Source: a virus (lineage: Duplodnaviria > Caudoviricetes). Taken from it: 64,000 nt of DNA. The notes below the pieces were generated by a model that was given only the letters and a program-made list of their open reading frames with translations, was not told the origin of the DNA and searched no databases. A program made the translations under genes and the position numbers. Shown here piece after piece: positions 49,598 to 58,320 of this stretch. Location: the IMG/VR virus record IMGVR_UViG_3300017963_000189, one strand, 5' to 3'. Numbering within the stretch: the first letter of the stretch is position 1; the number at the start of each line of letters is the position of its first letter.

Positions 49598-50014
49598 TTA
49601 TTTGATTTCTATTTCTTTTAGTTTTTCTTCCTCTTTTTTGGGAAGCGTAATTGTTAGGACACCATTCTTGAAATTGGCGTCGATGTTTTGTTTATCAAAA
49701 GAATCTCCAAGATAAAACCTACGAGCAAAAGTTTTACTACCTATCTCTCGATAAAGATATTTCTTCTTTTCCTCTTTTTCTTCTTTTACTTCGCCGGACA
49801 CGGTTAAGTAACCTTTTTCATACTCGATTTTGATGTCTTTCTTATCAAATCCTGGCGTTACGGCGACAACCTCTAATTGATCGTCTTTCTCAACAACGTC
49901 AACTTTTACATTGTCGCCATCGAAAAATCCCAGACTTCTCCGATTAAAAAAGAAATCACTATCATCAAAAAGTGACGGAATGTCGCGTGAAAAATATTTA
50001 ATTAAACTATCCAT
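49598..50014 (-). CDS. Small heat-shock protein Hsp20
   Basis: VDVVEKDD...PGFDKKDIKIE...LTVSGE...FARRFYL...ANFKNGVLTITLPK. Confidence 0.95.
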   Translation of the reverse strand: MDSLIKYFSRDIPSLFDDSDFFFNRRSLGFFDGDNVKVDVVEKDDQLEVVAVTPGFDKKDIKIEYEKGYLTVSGEVKEEKEEKKKYLYREIGSKTFARRFYLGDSFDKQNIDANFKNGVLTITLPKKEEEKLKEIEIK

Positions 50015-50149
50015 AATTAATTCTCCTTGTGTTTGTTTTACGTTATAGTTTAATCAAATATGTTACAAATATCGTACCAAAAAATCTCAGTCGTTGTTTT
50101 TATTGATTTTATCTTAGTTTAGTAAAATAACCATTATTTTTGTATGTCA

Positions 50150-51352
50150 TTATGTCACACTTAGTATGACATCATTGTTCGTGTCGCCAAAAACGGTGGC
50201 GAAAATCGCTTCCTTCTTGTCAAGGATATAATAATATACATCAACCTGTTCGCTCGTCTTTCTCAATGTTTGATTCTTGTAATGTACATCTTTACCCTCT
50301 TTTATGATCTTATCATAATGTTTCAATCTTTCCAAGTTCTCATTGTTTGTAACTCTAAAATGTTCCTGAGCTCTTGACTTCATTGGTTTATTGATTATAT
50401 CTTGTCGTTTTAAACCGGTCAACTTCTCAAAACTTTCATTCGCATCAAGTATAATGTAATCGACCACTCTATTCTTTTTATCATAAATAAGTTTTTTGTA
50501 GGCTATCGCATTGAAACTACGATGAAAAAGTAACTTGTATTTTCTCTCGTTTTCTTTGGCTTGTTCAGTGAGAAATTTTGTTTTTGTTATGTCTTGAATC
50601 GTTTGTATAAAATATAATGGTTCATCGTTTGATGTTTTTTGTAAAGTGGTTGTAACCAACGCCCAGAAGTAGAAACCATTATATTTCTTGAATCGTTTCT
50701 CTACTTGAACAAAATCTTGACCACCATCTAATAACCTATTACAAATATAATCAACCGATTCCAGATCAGATTTATATGTTATATCTTTTGGAGTAAGATC
50801 AAGTATGTCGCCACGAGTGTAACCCAATAGGTTACAAAATGTGTCGTTTACATCCATGTATTTCATGTCCATGTCTACTATGGCTTGAGCGACACCGGGA
50901 TTGTTGAATAATCCATCGAATTTTTCTTGTTCGATTTTCTCAGTGTTCGCTAACATCCTCTCGTTCGTTACATCACGACCAACTAAAATAAGGTATTCAT
51001 CGTCGTATAAACCATGAGCTGGATCATCTTGTGATGGAGTGTTAGATATACGATGTATATAATACTTACATGATACTAACTTAGTATCACTATTTTTTGT
51101 TTGTATAAAGAATTCCTGTTCACCATTGAATGTTTCATTGAACATTTTTTGTAATACTTTTTCGGTGTTGTCCTTATCATCTTCTATTACTAATGATGAA
51201 AAAGGTTTTTCCTGCATTTCATGATGATTATATCCCAACGCCTTAAAAGTATTGTTATTTACTTCTTGTACTCGTTTGAATTCATCAATGATGAAAATCA
51301 TTGCATCAACTTCATTTAATAAGTTGTATAAAAAATCTTTATCATTTAACAT
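50150..51352 (-). CDS. Multi-PAS sensor protein without recognisable output domain
   Basis: Three PAS/PAC repeats (VNNNTFKALGY, VNDTFCNLLGYT...KDIT...QTIQDIT, ANESFEKLTG); ends after third PAS. Confidence 0.85.
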   Translation of the reverse strand: MLNDKDFLYNLLNEVDAMIFIIDEFKRVQEVNNNTFKALGYNHHEMQEKPFSSLVIEDDKDNTEKVLQKMFNETFNGEQEFFIQTKNSDTKLVSCKYYIHRISNTPSQDDPAHGLYDDEYLILVGRDVTNERMLANTEKIEQEKFDGLFNNPGVAQAIVDMDMKYMDVNDTFCNLLGYTRGDILDLTPKDITYKSDLESVDYICNRLLDGGQDFVQVEKRFKKYNGFYFWALVTTTLQKTSNDEPLYFIQTIQDITKTKFLTEQAKENERKYKLLFHRSFNAIAYKKLIYDKKNRVVDYIILDANESFEKLTGLKRQDIINKPMKSRAQEHFRVTNNENLERLKHYDKIIKEGKDVHYKNQTLRKTSEQVDVYYYILDKKEAIFATVFGDTNNDVILSVT

Positions 51353-51606
51353 ATAAATCTCTCAAGTAAGTTAACTATCAAATAAGAACCTGAACAAGAT
51401 GTAAGTGTTTCTAATCGTTGTTCTTTACTTATTGTATTGTCACTAATAACCTTTAACATATCTCGTAAATATGACTTGTCCAAATCAGATGGCGCCACAA
51501 CTTCTATGTCTAAATTAGACAAAATAGATAAATCACGAATTTCACTTACTAACTCTTTTCGTGTTTCATCTTTCGCCTTGTCAATTATTTCTTTCCACTC
51601 TCCCAT
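51346..51606 (-). CDS. Hypothetical protein
   Basis: Track ORF 51346..51636; start probably MGEWKE. Confidence 0.45.
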   Translation of the reverse strand: MGEWKEIIDKAKDETRKELVSEIRDLSILSNLDIEVVAPSDLDKSYLRDMLKVISDNTISKEQRLETLTSCSGSYLIVNLLERFIC

Positions 51607-51632
51607 AATTTTACTCCATGTATAAATAGTGA

Positions 51633-52241
51633 TCAACCATAAAATTTTGATTCACCATATAGTAATTTTACCTCTTTCATGATAAAAGCATACATACGAG
51701 CAACATTATACGCATCGTCCATTCCACGATGGGGCGAGCCTTCAAACTCTAAACCAAGTACCTGAAGCGCGTTGTCCACGTTTCGTTGTACGTTTTGATT
51801 CGTCAAAAGTGAAAACCAATACTTGAAATTACTATGAGTATGTTTGAACGGATATTGTAATCCCTTTCTCTCACATTCTCTTTCTACTTGTTGTCTATCA
51901 AAATCTCCCCAGGACATCCATTCATATTTCGTTGTCTTGAACTCAGTCATCATCCTCGCCAGGGCATAGTCAAGGGCAAGACCATCCTTGATTATCATTT
52001 GTTGAGTGATACCTGTGAGTTTAGTGCAGTAATCTGTTATACCACTTAGACCCATCTCTGTAGGAATTATGAGATAACTTTCTTTCTTTTCGATCTCCAA
52101 TGATCTCGTATCAAGTTGTACTATTCCTATCTCAATCATTTCCATTACGTCACGTTGATTTCGTCCATCAGGAAGTATACCATTTTCCCAACAAGTGCTT
52201 TCCAAATCTACGAAATTTATTTTTTGTACCTTTTTCGCCAT
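51633..52241 (-). CDS. DEDDh 3'-5' exonuclease (KapD/ERI-1-like)
   Basis: FVDLESTCW, IIEIG, SWGDFDRQQ, HRGMDDAYN. Confidence 0.9.
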   Translation of the reverse strand: MAKKVQKINFVDLESTCWENGILPDGRNQRDVMEMIEIGIVQLDTRSLEIEKKESYLIIPTEMGLSGITDYCTKLTGITQQMIIKDGLALDYALARMMTEFKTTKYEWMSWGDFDRQQVERECERKGLQYPFKHTHSNFKYWFSLLTNQNVQRNVDNALQVLGLEFEGSPHRGMDDAYNVARMYAFIMKEVKLLYGESKFYG

Positions 52242-52242
52242 T

Positions 52243-52455
52243 TTATTTTCCTATCAATCTACAATTTTTTATTTCTTCCGGTGTCGCCAATCTATACCTA
52301 TCAAAAAAGATTACTTCCTTACCATGTTGTTTTCTCAACACTTCCTTTTGTTTCTTTACATATGAAAAAACATACACATTTCCGGTTGGAAAGTAAATCT
52401 TAAACGGACATTTGGTATCATCAAATATCACAATATCATCGTCTTTGAAATCCAT
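52243..52455 (-). CDS. Hypothetical protein
   Basis: ORF track. Confidence 0.45.
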   Translation of the reverse strand: MDFKDDDIVIFDDTKCPFKIYFPTGNVYVFSYVKKQKEVLRKQHGKEVIFFDRYRLATPEEIKNCRLIGK

Positions 52456-52456
52456 C

Positions 52457-52753
52457 TTACCAATCCTCAGTTGGATCGGGATTAATCCAAGATTCTATCA
52501 ATGCTGATATGTATTCGTCTTTTGACTCCCATATACAATTTTTTAGTGCTCGTTCCTTTTCTTGTTCACTTTCATAATGACCATATTGTTCGGCGAACTC
52601 AAGTACATCAGTCATTTTGTCGTTTGTATCTTCCATTTCAGCACGCCAAACATATTCTGCTGCTCTCCGTAACGCTTCTTTGTACTTTTGTTTACTCTTG
52701 AACTCGTCAAATATAGCGTCAACTAATTCTTCGGTATTTGTCTTTTTACACAT
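52457..52753 (-). CDS. Hypothetical protein
   Basis: ORF track. Confidence 0.5.
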   Translation of the reverse strand: MCKKTNTEELVDAIFDEFKSKQKYKEALRRAAEYVWRAEMEDTNDKMTDVLEFAEQYGHYESEQEKERALKNCIWESKDEYISALIESWINPDPTEDW

Positions 52754-52933
52754 TATTTATTCCTTTATTTTATATTTCTTTTTCGCCAATTTAAGATTTT
52801 GTGCGGTCGCTTTATCTTTTTCTTCATCACTTGTACAACCATAACATACATCTTCTGACATACCAAAAATAACTAAATTGATTTCTTCACCACACTTTTT
52901 ACATATCATAATTTATTCCTTTATTTTGTGTAG

Positions 52934-53004
52934 TCCGCCCACCGGGAATCGAACCCGAATAAGTGAGTTTAGAAGTCACTGTTCTACCATTGAACTATGG
53001 GCAG
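52934..53004 (-). tRNA. tRNA with CUA anticodon (probable amber suppressor)
   Basis: CTGCCCA/TGGGCGG acceptor, GTTC/GAAC D-stem, GTGAC-TT CTA AA-CTCAC (C31:C39 mismatch), T-loop TTCGATT. Confidence 0.75.
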
Positions 53005-53016
53005 ATATAAAAGCGG

Positions 53017-53406
53017 TCAACTTGTGACCGCTTCATTTTCTTTTTGAGCCATTATAGGTAAATCTTTGAACATTCTTCCATTTGTATATACAGCAATCGC
53101 TGTAAGTTGGTTATCTAAATCAGGTTCATGAAAAAGTGAAAAAGGTATTTTCTTTCTATCATCATATTGTTTATCATTGATAGATTGTAACTTGTCTTTC
53201 CACTCATTCAATTCATGACTACTTTCAACAGCGAGAAAAATAAGATAACCATTCTTCCACTCGCTCTTCGGATAGTCCATCATAAACTGAGCAACTACAT
53301 GAGCACCCTGAACTGCTTGATATGATGGATCAAATAATTTAATAAAACTATCCGGTTTCTCCATACATCCTAAATCATTACGAGTTAGAACATATAGCCG
53401 TTTCAT
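53017..53406 (-). CDS. Peptidyl-tRNA hydrolase type 2-like protein (start MKRLYVLT)
   Basis: LYVLTRNDL...AVQGAHVV...FHEPDLDNQLTAIA. Confidence 0.7.
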   Translation of the reverse strand: MKRLYVLTRNDLGCMEKPDSFIKLFDPSYQAVQGAHVVAQFMMDYPKSEWKNGYLIFLAVESSHELNEWKDKLQSINDKQYDDRKKIPFSLFHEPDLDNQLTAIAVYTNGRMFKDLPIMAQKENEAVTS

Positions 53407-53704
53407 TATCCACCTTCTGTATAACGGGATACGCATTAAGAAGTTGTTCAATGTAATCTTGATTTGGCTCATTATCGTCTCTTACCGACCTTTCAATTTG
53501 TTCATAACTTTTACCACGTGCCATACAATAAGCAATATGTTGATGTCTAAATTCATATTTCGCTTGTTGTACTTCGTGTCGTTTTTTATTTGATTCTTTT
53601 CTACTTCGTTCTAATTCCTTAAACTCGATCTTGAGTTGTCTGATTTGTTGTGCTAACCCTTTAAGGTAATATTTTCTCGATTTGATATATTCTTTACGTT
53701 CCAT
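53378..53704 (-). CDS. Basic hypothetical protein upstream of PTH2-like gene
   Basis: ORF; FRHQHIAYCMARGKSYEQIE. Confidence 0.6.
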   Translation of the reverse strand: MERKEYIKSRKYYLKGLAQQIRQLKIEFKELERSRKESNKKRHEVQQAKYEFRHQHIAYCMARGKSYEQIERSVRDDNEPNQDYIEQLLNAYPVIQKVDNETAICSNS

Positions 53705-53979
53705 TTTAAATCTCCTTTATATTATTGTTTCATTTTTTATGATACATTACCACTTGTTTCAATAAAAATGAAACATTAAGGAGGCTTAAAACTTTTTATC
53801 TACGTAAAGCCCTACGTCCACTTAATCATTTTGATACTCCTATAAAATATCCATTGATTGATATACATATACTTACACTATTGAAAATGATTTTTGTTCC
53901 AAAATCTTCATCCCAACCGTAAGATATGTGTTGACCTATATATTTTTCGTAATTTAATCTCATAACATATATAAATATA

Positions 53980-54123
53980 CTATTTTTTAATTTCCCCTAA
54001 TCCTTTACACTTTGTACACGCTACTTCCATATATACCGGTTGTCCGTCCAATAGGGAAATCGGGACTAATCGTTGTCCCGATCCCTTACAAGTTGGACAT
54101 ATTTCTTTTTTACTTTTCGCCAT
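53980..54123 (-). CDS. 47-aa DnaJ-type Zn-finger miniprotein
   Basis: Read by hand: MAKSKKEICPTCKGSGQRLVPISLLDGQPVYMEVACTKCKGLGEIKK* (two CxxCxGxG). Confidence 0.7.
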   Translation of the reverse strand: MAKSKKEICPTCKGSGQRLVPISLLDGQPVYMEVACTKCKGLGEIKK

Positions 54124-55426
54124 CAGTCTTTACCTTTTTTGTACGCGGTTTACGCGGTTTTGGTAAATACTTAATTTCATTTATAGAATGAATATGATAA
54201 CGACCCTCATAATCACTTGGATTTGTGGCGACAAGATTATAACTAATACGAACCTTTTTATAATCCGATTGTTTCGTCCTCAATTTGAACTTTTCAGGAA
54301 ATACATCAGAACCGATATAAATTTTTCGTTTCTCGCCATCTATAAAACCATTATGTGATTCATTTTGGAATCTTAAAACTAATTCGCCAACATCTTCATG
54401 TGTTTCAATAAACTCAATAGGCGGACAATGATTACTCACTGTTGATGTGATCATATGCCATACTACATAACAAATCTCACCAATCTTTTTCAATACCCAC
54501 CAAATAGTAGTGAATACAACTCCAATAACACTAAATATAAAACCAAATACCAACCCCACAGGTTTCAAAATAGCAACAATCGTATTGATCCACTTTTCTG
54601 CGGTTTCTTTTCGACGTTCCTCTTTAGCATCAATTTCTTCCTTGTGAGCCTTGTAATATTCGTCTTGTTGTTTCTTGAATTCGGCTTCTTTTTTACGGCG
54701 TTCCGCAAGACGAGCGAACTTTTTGTCTTGTCGTCGTTCTCGTATATTACAAGATTTCTTAATGAGAAAGTTGAAACATCCACGATTGAATAGAAATACA
54801 CCTATACGATATAATACCCAAAATGTGACCACCATACCTAATAAAATAAGTAATCCCATTCCAACTACATATCCTAACATTCCCCATTCAATGGCAACCA
54901 ACCAACCGGCAAGCATTACAAGTAAATCCCATACTACACTTAAAAACCAAAATACTGCCCATAATACCCAATACACAACAAAATATGGAATGGCGAAAAT
55001 AACATGAATACCATAACCTACCCATGCTACTGCATTGTCAAGGAATAATAAAGATATGAAGAATGTTGTAATGAATGCTAACATAGAAATAATTAATGAA
55101 AACGAAAAAGGATTTTCGTCTTTTAATGCTTCGAAATGTTCAGGTAACGATGGTATAACAAGACCTATCAATTTTGTTAGACCATAAATAATATAGGCGA
55201 AAATAAACAAAGGAAAAGTAACTACCATCAAAAGTGATCCCCAAAACATAAATTGGTAAAACGGACACTTATGAGTAACTAACTTTTCGCCCATACCATA
55301 CCAACTTCTCAACCATTGGTAATAACGATACCTGGCATCTGAGACGCCCATCGTAATGGTATCTTCGACACCAAACAACTTTTCGGAAGCGTCTCTTGCT
55401 TTAGATTTTGCTTCCCATTTACTCAT
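54110..55426 (-). CDS. Multi-pass membrane protein
   Basis: Many hydrophobic segments with central charged coil. Confidence 0.7.
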   Translation of the reverse strand: MSKWEAKSKARDASEKLFGVEDTITMGVSDARYRYYQWLRSWYGMGEKLVTHKCPFYQFMFWGSLLMVVTFPLFIFAYIIYGLTKLIGLVIPSLPEHFEALKDENPFSFSLIISMLAFITTFFISLLFLDNAVAWVGYGIHVIFAIPYFVVYWVLWAVFWFLSVVWDLLVMLAGWLVAIEWGMLGYVVGMGLLILLGMVVTFWVLYRIGVFLFNRGCFNFLIKKSCNIRERRQDKKFARLAERRKKEAEFKKQQDEYYKAHKEEIDAKEERRKETAEKWINTIVAILKPVGLVFGFIFSVIGVVFTTIWWVLKKIGEICYVVWHMITSTVSNHCPPIEFIETHEDVGELVLRFQNESHNGFIDGEKRKIYIGSDVFPEKFKLRTKQSDYKKVRISYNLVATNPSDYEGRYHIHSINEIKYLPKPRKPRTKKVKTDGEK

Positions 55427-55638
55427 TTGGACACCTCCGTTGAATCAGTTGATGTTGAGTCAGTTAATGTTTCGATAACTTGTAACAAACTATCTCTTTC
55501 TGCTGTTAGAGCGATAACAGCTTCAGAATCTTCGGAAACTCTCGCTTCCTCAAGATGATTCGTTGATTGCCATGAGAATATAAAAACTAAGACAATAACC
55601 AAGATAATAATACCTGCTCTTACATAATCATTCATAAT
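55423..55638 (-). CDS. Small membrane protein
   Basis: Track ORF 55423..55668; TM helix; start approximate. Confidence 0.45.
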   Translation of the reverse strand: MMNDYVRAGIIILVIVLVFIFSWQSTNHLEEARVSEDSEAVIALTAERDSLLQVIETLTDSTSTDSTEVSK

Positions 55639-55858
55639 ATAACCCTTTCTTTTTGATGAATGTTTCACCGATTATAGTGTATATCTTCTTTAACTAATAA
55701 TTCGTTATAATGTTCCAACCAGGTTAAAAAAACTTGTCCTTTAGTTGTAAATTCATTTTTATCAATAGGTTTTTCGCCATGTTTCTCACATAACTTCTCA
55801 TATCGTCTATAATCTCGTAGTAAATCCTTGTCCATAATAACCCTTTCATTTTAGATAG

Positions 55859-55930
55859 TAGCGTGTAGCAGATTCGAACTGCTAAGGCAACAGGATATGA
55901 GCCCGTGCTGGACAACCAATCCGACACGCC
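55859..55930 (-). tRNA. tRNA-Met/Ile2(CAU), atypical D-arm
   Basis: ACGGG-CT CAT AT-CCTGT; AGCAG-TTCGAAT-CTGCT. Confidence 0.8.
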
Positions 55931-55939
55931 ATTCAACCG

Positions 55940-56012
55940 TGGGTCTGGTTGGAGTTGAACCAACGATCTTCGCCATGTCACGACGACGACTTAACCTCTT
56001 GTCCACAGACCC
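55940..56012 (-). tRNA. tRNA-Val(GAC)
   Basis: Cloverleaf; loop GT GAC AT. Confidence 0.88.
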
Positions 56013-56024
56013 AATATAACAATT

Positions 56025-56534
56025 TTAAAACCATTTGTCAAGGAAATTCTGGATTGTGTCCTCTTTTCCTCTCTTTATCCACCATTCTTTTCTAAGTAAT
56101 CCCTTAAAAACATATATCTCGTGTGTTAAAAAATTTGTTACTCCAAATAAAATCAACCCACTAAAAAATACCCATGACCATGTTTGTAAAGTCATTGATA
56201 TAACTGCTAATACATATCCACCTAAAATACCTACAAAATATGTCAAGTATTGAAATCCTTGTCTTATTATTTTCGCCCCATGCCATCCATCAAACATGAA
56301 CGCTGGTTTAACAATAAATCCTAACCACTTCTTTCTCGTTCCATCTTCATTATATTTTCGTTCCCACGCACTATCAGGATCAACCATATACCACGACCAC
56401 CAACCACCTTTTGGCAACCAATCAAAAATTGAATCTTCATAATAATATTGTAGACCATCTTCTATATCATTGAATATAATAGAAACTATCCACAACACTA
56501 AGGCGACAAAAAATAATATAATAAATAAAAGCAT
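56025..56534 (-). CDS. Membrane protein
   Basis: TM helices; FDGWHGAK motif. Confidence 0.6.
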   Translation of the reverse strand: MLLFIILFFVALVLWIVSIIFNDIEDGLQYYYEDSIFDWLPKGGWWSWYMVDPDSAWERKYNEDGTRKKWLGFIVKPAFMFDGWHGAKIIRQGFQYLTYFVGILGGYVLAVISMTLQTWSWVFFSGLILFGVTNFLTHEIYVFKGLLRKEWWIKRGKEDTIQNFLDKWF

Positions 56535-56551
56535 CTTATCTCTCCCATTTA

Positions 56552-56866
56552 TTATAAATAGTGTTCATTCTTTTCTTTCAACCATTCCATTAATAATTTA
56601 TTCTTTTCGCCGACATAAACAGGACACCACTCAAGAAACTCAAGCGGTTTCACTGTTCCATATGGAGCTCCAGTATCCCAGTGATACTCCATATCAAGAA
56701 ACTCCATTGTAAACTTTTGTCGTATTCCTATAAAACCTTGTTTCTTCTGATGATATACTCCAAGAGTAAAGTTACGAGCTAATATCATATATAAACCGGT
56801 ATGCTCACACTTTTCTATTGGTAAATAATCCTCAACATTTGTTGTATATCCCATACAATACTCCAA
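56552..56866 (-). CDS. Hypothetical protein
   Basis: ORF track. Confidence 0.55.
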   Translation of the reverse strand: MEYCMGYTTNVEDYLPIEKCEHTGLYMILARNFTLGVYHQKKQGFIGIRQKFTMEFLDMEYHWDTGAPYGTVKPLEFLEWCPVYVGEKNKLLMEWLKEKNEHYL

Positions 56867-56875
56867 CTTAATTTG

Positions 56876-57001
56876 TGGTATTTGTAGGATTCGAACCTAA
56901 ATTCCGGTGTATCAGACCGACGTGTTACCGTGAGCGGTTATCCAATAAGATTAACCGGTCTCTTATTGGCTTCCCTTTGTGCTCTATTACACTACCATAC
57001 C
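56876..57001 (-). ncRNA. tRNA-Ile(GAU)-like RNA with ~50-nt domain inserted in D-loop
   Basis: GTGT/ACAC D-stem, TCGGT-CT GAT AC-ACCGG, T-loop TTCGAAT; imperfect acceptor; insert closed by GAGC/GCTC. Confidence 0.7.
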
Positions 57002-57011
57002 ATTATACTCA

Positions 57012-57108
57012 CCCCGTCACTGCCAGGTTTTACTCAACTGCGCGGGTCGAACACTCCAAACCTACCGCGAATCGGTTTTGGAGACGGTGGAATTGAACCA
57101 CCACGGGA
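57012..57108 (-). ncRNA. Circularly permuted tRNA-like RNA (T-arm first, closed acceptor; YrlA-like topology)
   Basis: TCCCGT-[GGTGG TTCAATT CCACC]-CTCCAAA...TTTGGAG-...-ACGGGG. Confidence 0.55.
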
Positions 57109-57112
57109 TTAG

Positions 57113-57184
57113 TGGGAGCACCAGGAATCGAACCCGGAACTGGAGGTTAAGAGCCAACTGCGTTCCCAATTACGCCATACTCCC
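57113..57184 (-). tRNA. tRNA-Lys(CUU), mismatched anticodon stem
   Basis: Cloverleaf; CT CTT AA loop. Confidence 0.8.
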
Positions 57185-57192
57185 ATAACTAC

Positions 57193-57275
57193 TTTTCACC
57201 AAACTATATCAAAAATACCTACTTTTCACGATCAGTAACCATTTTTCACCAAATGACCTTGAAAATACCTACTTT
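57193..57275. repeat. Two-copy direct repeat TTTTCACCAAA-N-AAAATACCTACTTT, ~50-nt period
   Basis: Seen between tRNA-Lys and tRNA-Phe. Confidence 0.6.
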
Positions 57276-57276
57276 G

Positions 57277-57355
57277 TGGGAGCAGTCGGGATCGAACCGA
57301 CGACACCCCGGGCTTCAACCGAGTGCTCTACCATTCTAATCTGAGCTACACTCCC
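57277..57355 (-). tRNA. tRNA-Phe(GAA), enlarged D-loop
   Basis: Cloverleaf; TT GAA GC. Confidence 0.9.
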
Positions 57356-57485
57356 ATATATAAAATAAAATCGATCTTCCTCACATCCCTTTACTCTTGG
57401 AAGAATTGATAGAATACGTCTATCTCTTGATAAATGATATATAGGCCAGGGTTTGGCGACCCTTACACCATCAACGATTTTATAG

Positions 57486-57605
57486 TTGCGCGAGTAGGAT
57501 TCGAACCTACATCCTTCCTTTCCAATAAGATAACGTTTCTCCAGCGGCCCTGTTAGGACAAAAACGAAGCAACGGTTTTAGATGTTACCATTACACCATC
57601 GCGCA
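57486..57605 (-). ncRNA. tRNA-Gln-derived RNA with anticodon arm replaced by ~65-nt domain
   Basis: TGCGCGA/TCGCGCA acceptor; D-arm TGGTGTAATGGTAACATC identical to tRNA-Gln at 63109; perfect T-arm. Confidence 0.7.
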
Positions 57606-57613
57606 AATTAAAA

Positions 57614-57826
57614 CTATTTTTTTACTACCCTATATTGTGTTTTGCGGTAATTCTTCCAATTCTTTTTCTCTCGTTTTGGAAGATACCACCATCCACAACC
57701 ACCATATATACTACCGGTTCTTTGTAAACAAATCATACAAGGTACGTCTCTTACGTGTTTCCATTGTAATTTTTTGTAGACACTACTATTTGTAGTATTC
57801 TTTAGCGTTTCTCTTTTTCTCGTCAT
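57614..57826 (-). CDS. Small basic Cys-containing protein (paralog A)
   Basis: TTNSSVY...CMIC...KNWKNYRKTQY; start MTRKR within track ORF. Confidence 0.6.
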   Translation of the reverse strand: MTRKRETLKNTTNSSVYKKLQWKHVRDVPCMICLQRTGSIYGGCGWWYLPKREKKNWKNYRKTQYRVVKK

Positions 57827-57868
57827 TTTGATTCTCCTTATGTAATGTTTGACCACTACTAAGGAAAA

Positions 57869-58081
57869 TCATTCTCCATATTCATCATACATTATTACCT
57901 TGTATTGTGTTTTTCTGTAATGTTTCCAATTTTTACGATAATACGTTCTTTGGTTTTCATTACGATTATATTTACAACGTGAACATGAAATGATACATTG
58001 TAGTTCACGATAACGTTTTAACGCTAAGTTGTAAATACGACTGTTAGTTGTTGTATCAACTATTCTTTTGTATTTCGCCAT
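57869..58081 (-). CDS. Small basic Cys-containing protein (paralog B)
   Basis: TTNSRIY...CSRC...KNWKHYRKTQY. Confidence 0.6.
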   Translation of the reverse strand: MAKYKRIVDTTTNSRIYNLALKRYRELQCIISCSRCKYNRNENQRTYYRKNWKHYRKTQYKVIMYDEYGE

Positions 58082-58206
58082 TTGGTTTCTCCTTGAGTTA
58101 AAATTTACTTAACTCAAACGAAACCACTCCCTACATAATGTGTAAAATATGTCATATTATCTCCCGTTTTGACACATAATTGGTAATATATGTCACTTTA
58201 TTTTTG

Positions 58207-58289
58207 TGGTAAGGGTAGGATTTGAACCTACGAACCCTTGCGAGACCGGTTTTACAGACCGGCGCCTTTAACCACTCGGCCACCCTACC
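58207..58289 (-). tRNA. tRNA-Tyr(GUA)
   Basis: Cloverleaf with long variable arm. Confidence 0.95.
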
Positions 58290-58320
58290 AAATCTTATTC
58301 TAAACCAATACTATATCTCA

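Noticed and set aside
52934-53004. Reading this tRNA as Arg(UCU)
   Set aside because: That register needs an A:A pair and a shifted stem; the CUA register fits D-stem/26/27-31 spacing better, although it has a C:C mismatch
56930-56970. H-type pseudoknot in the D-loop insert (GGTTA/TAACC with the 9-bp stem)
   Set aside because: A 1-nt linker cannot span the 9-bp helix; the pairings are at best alternative
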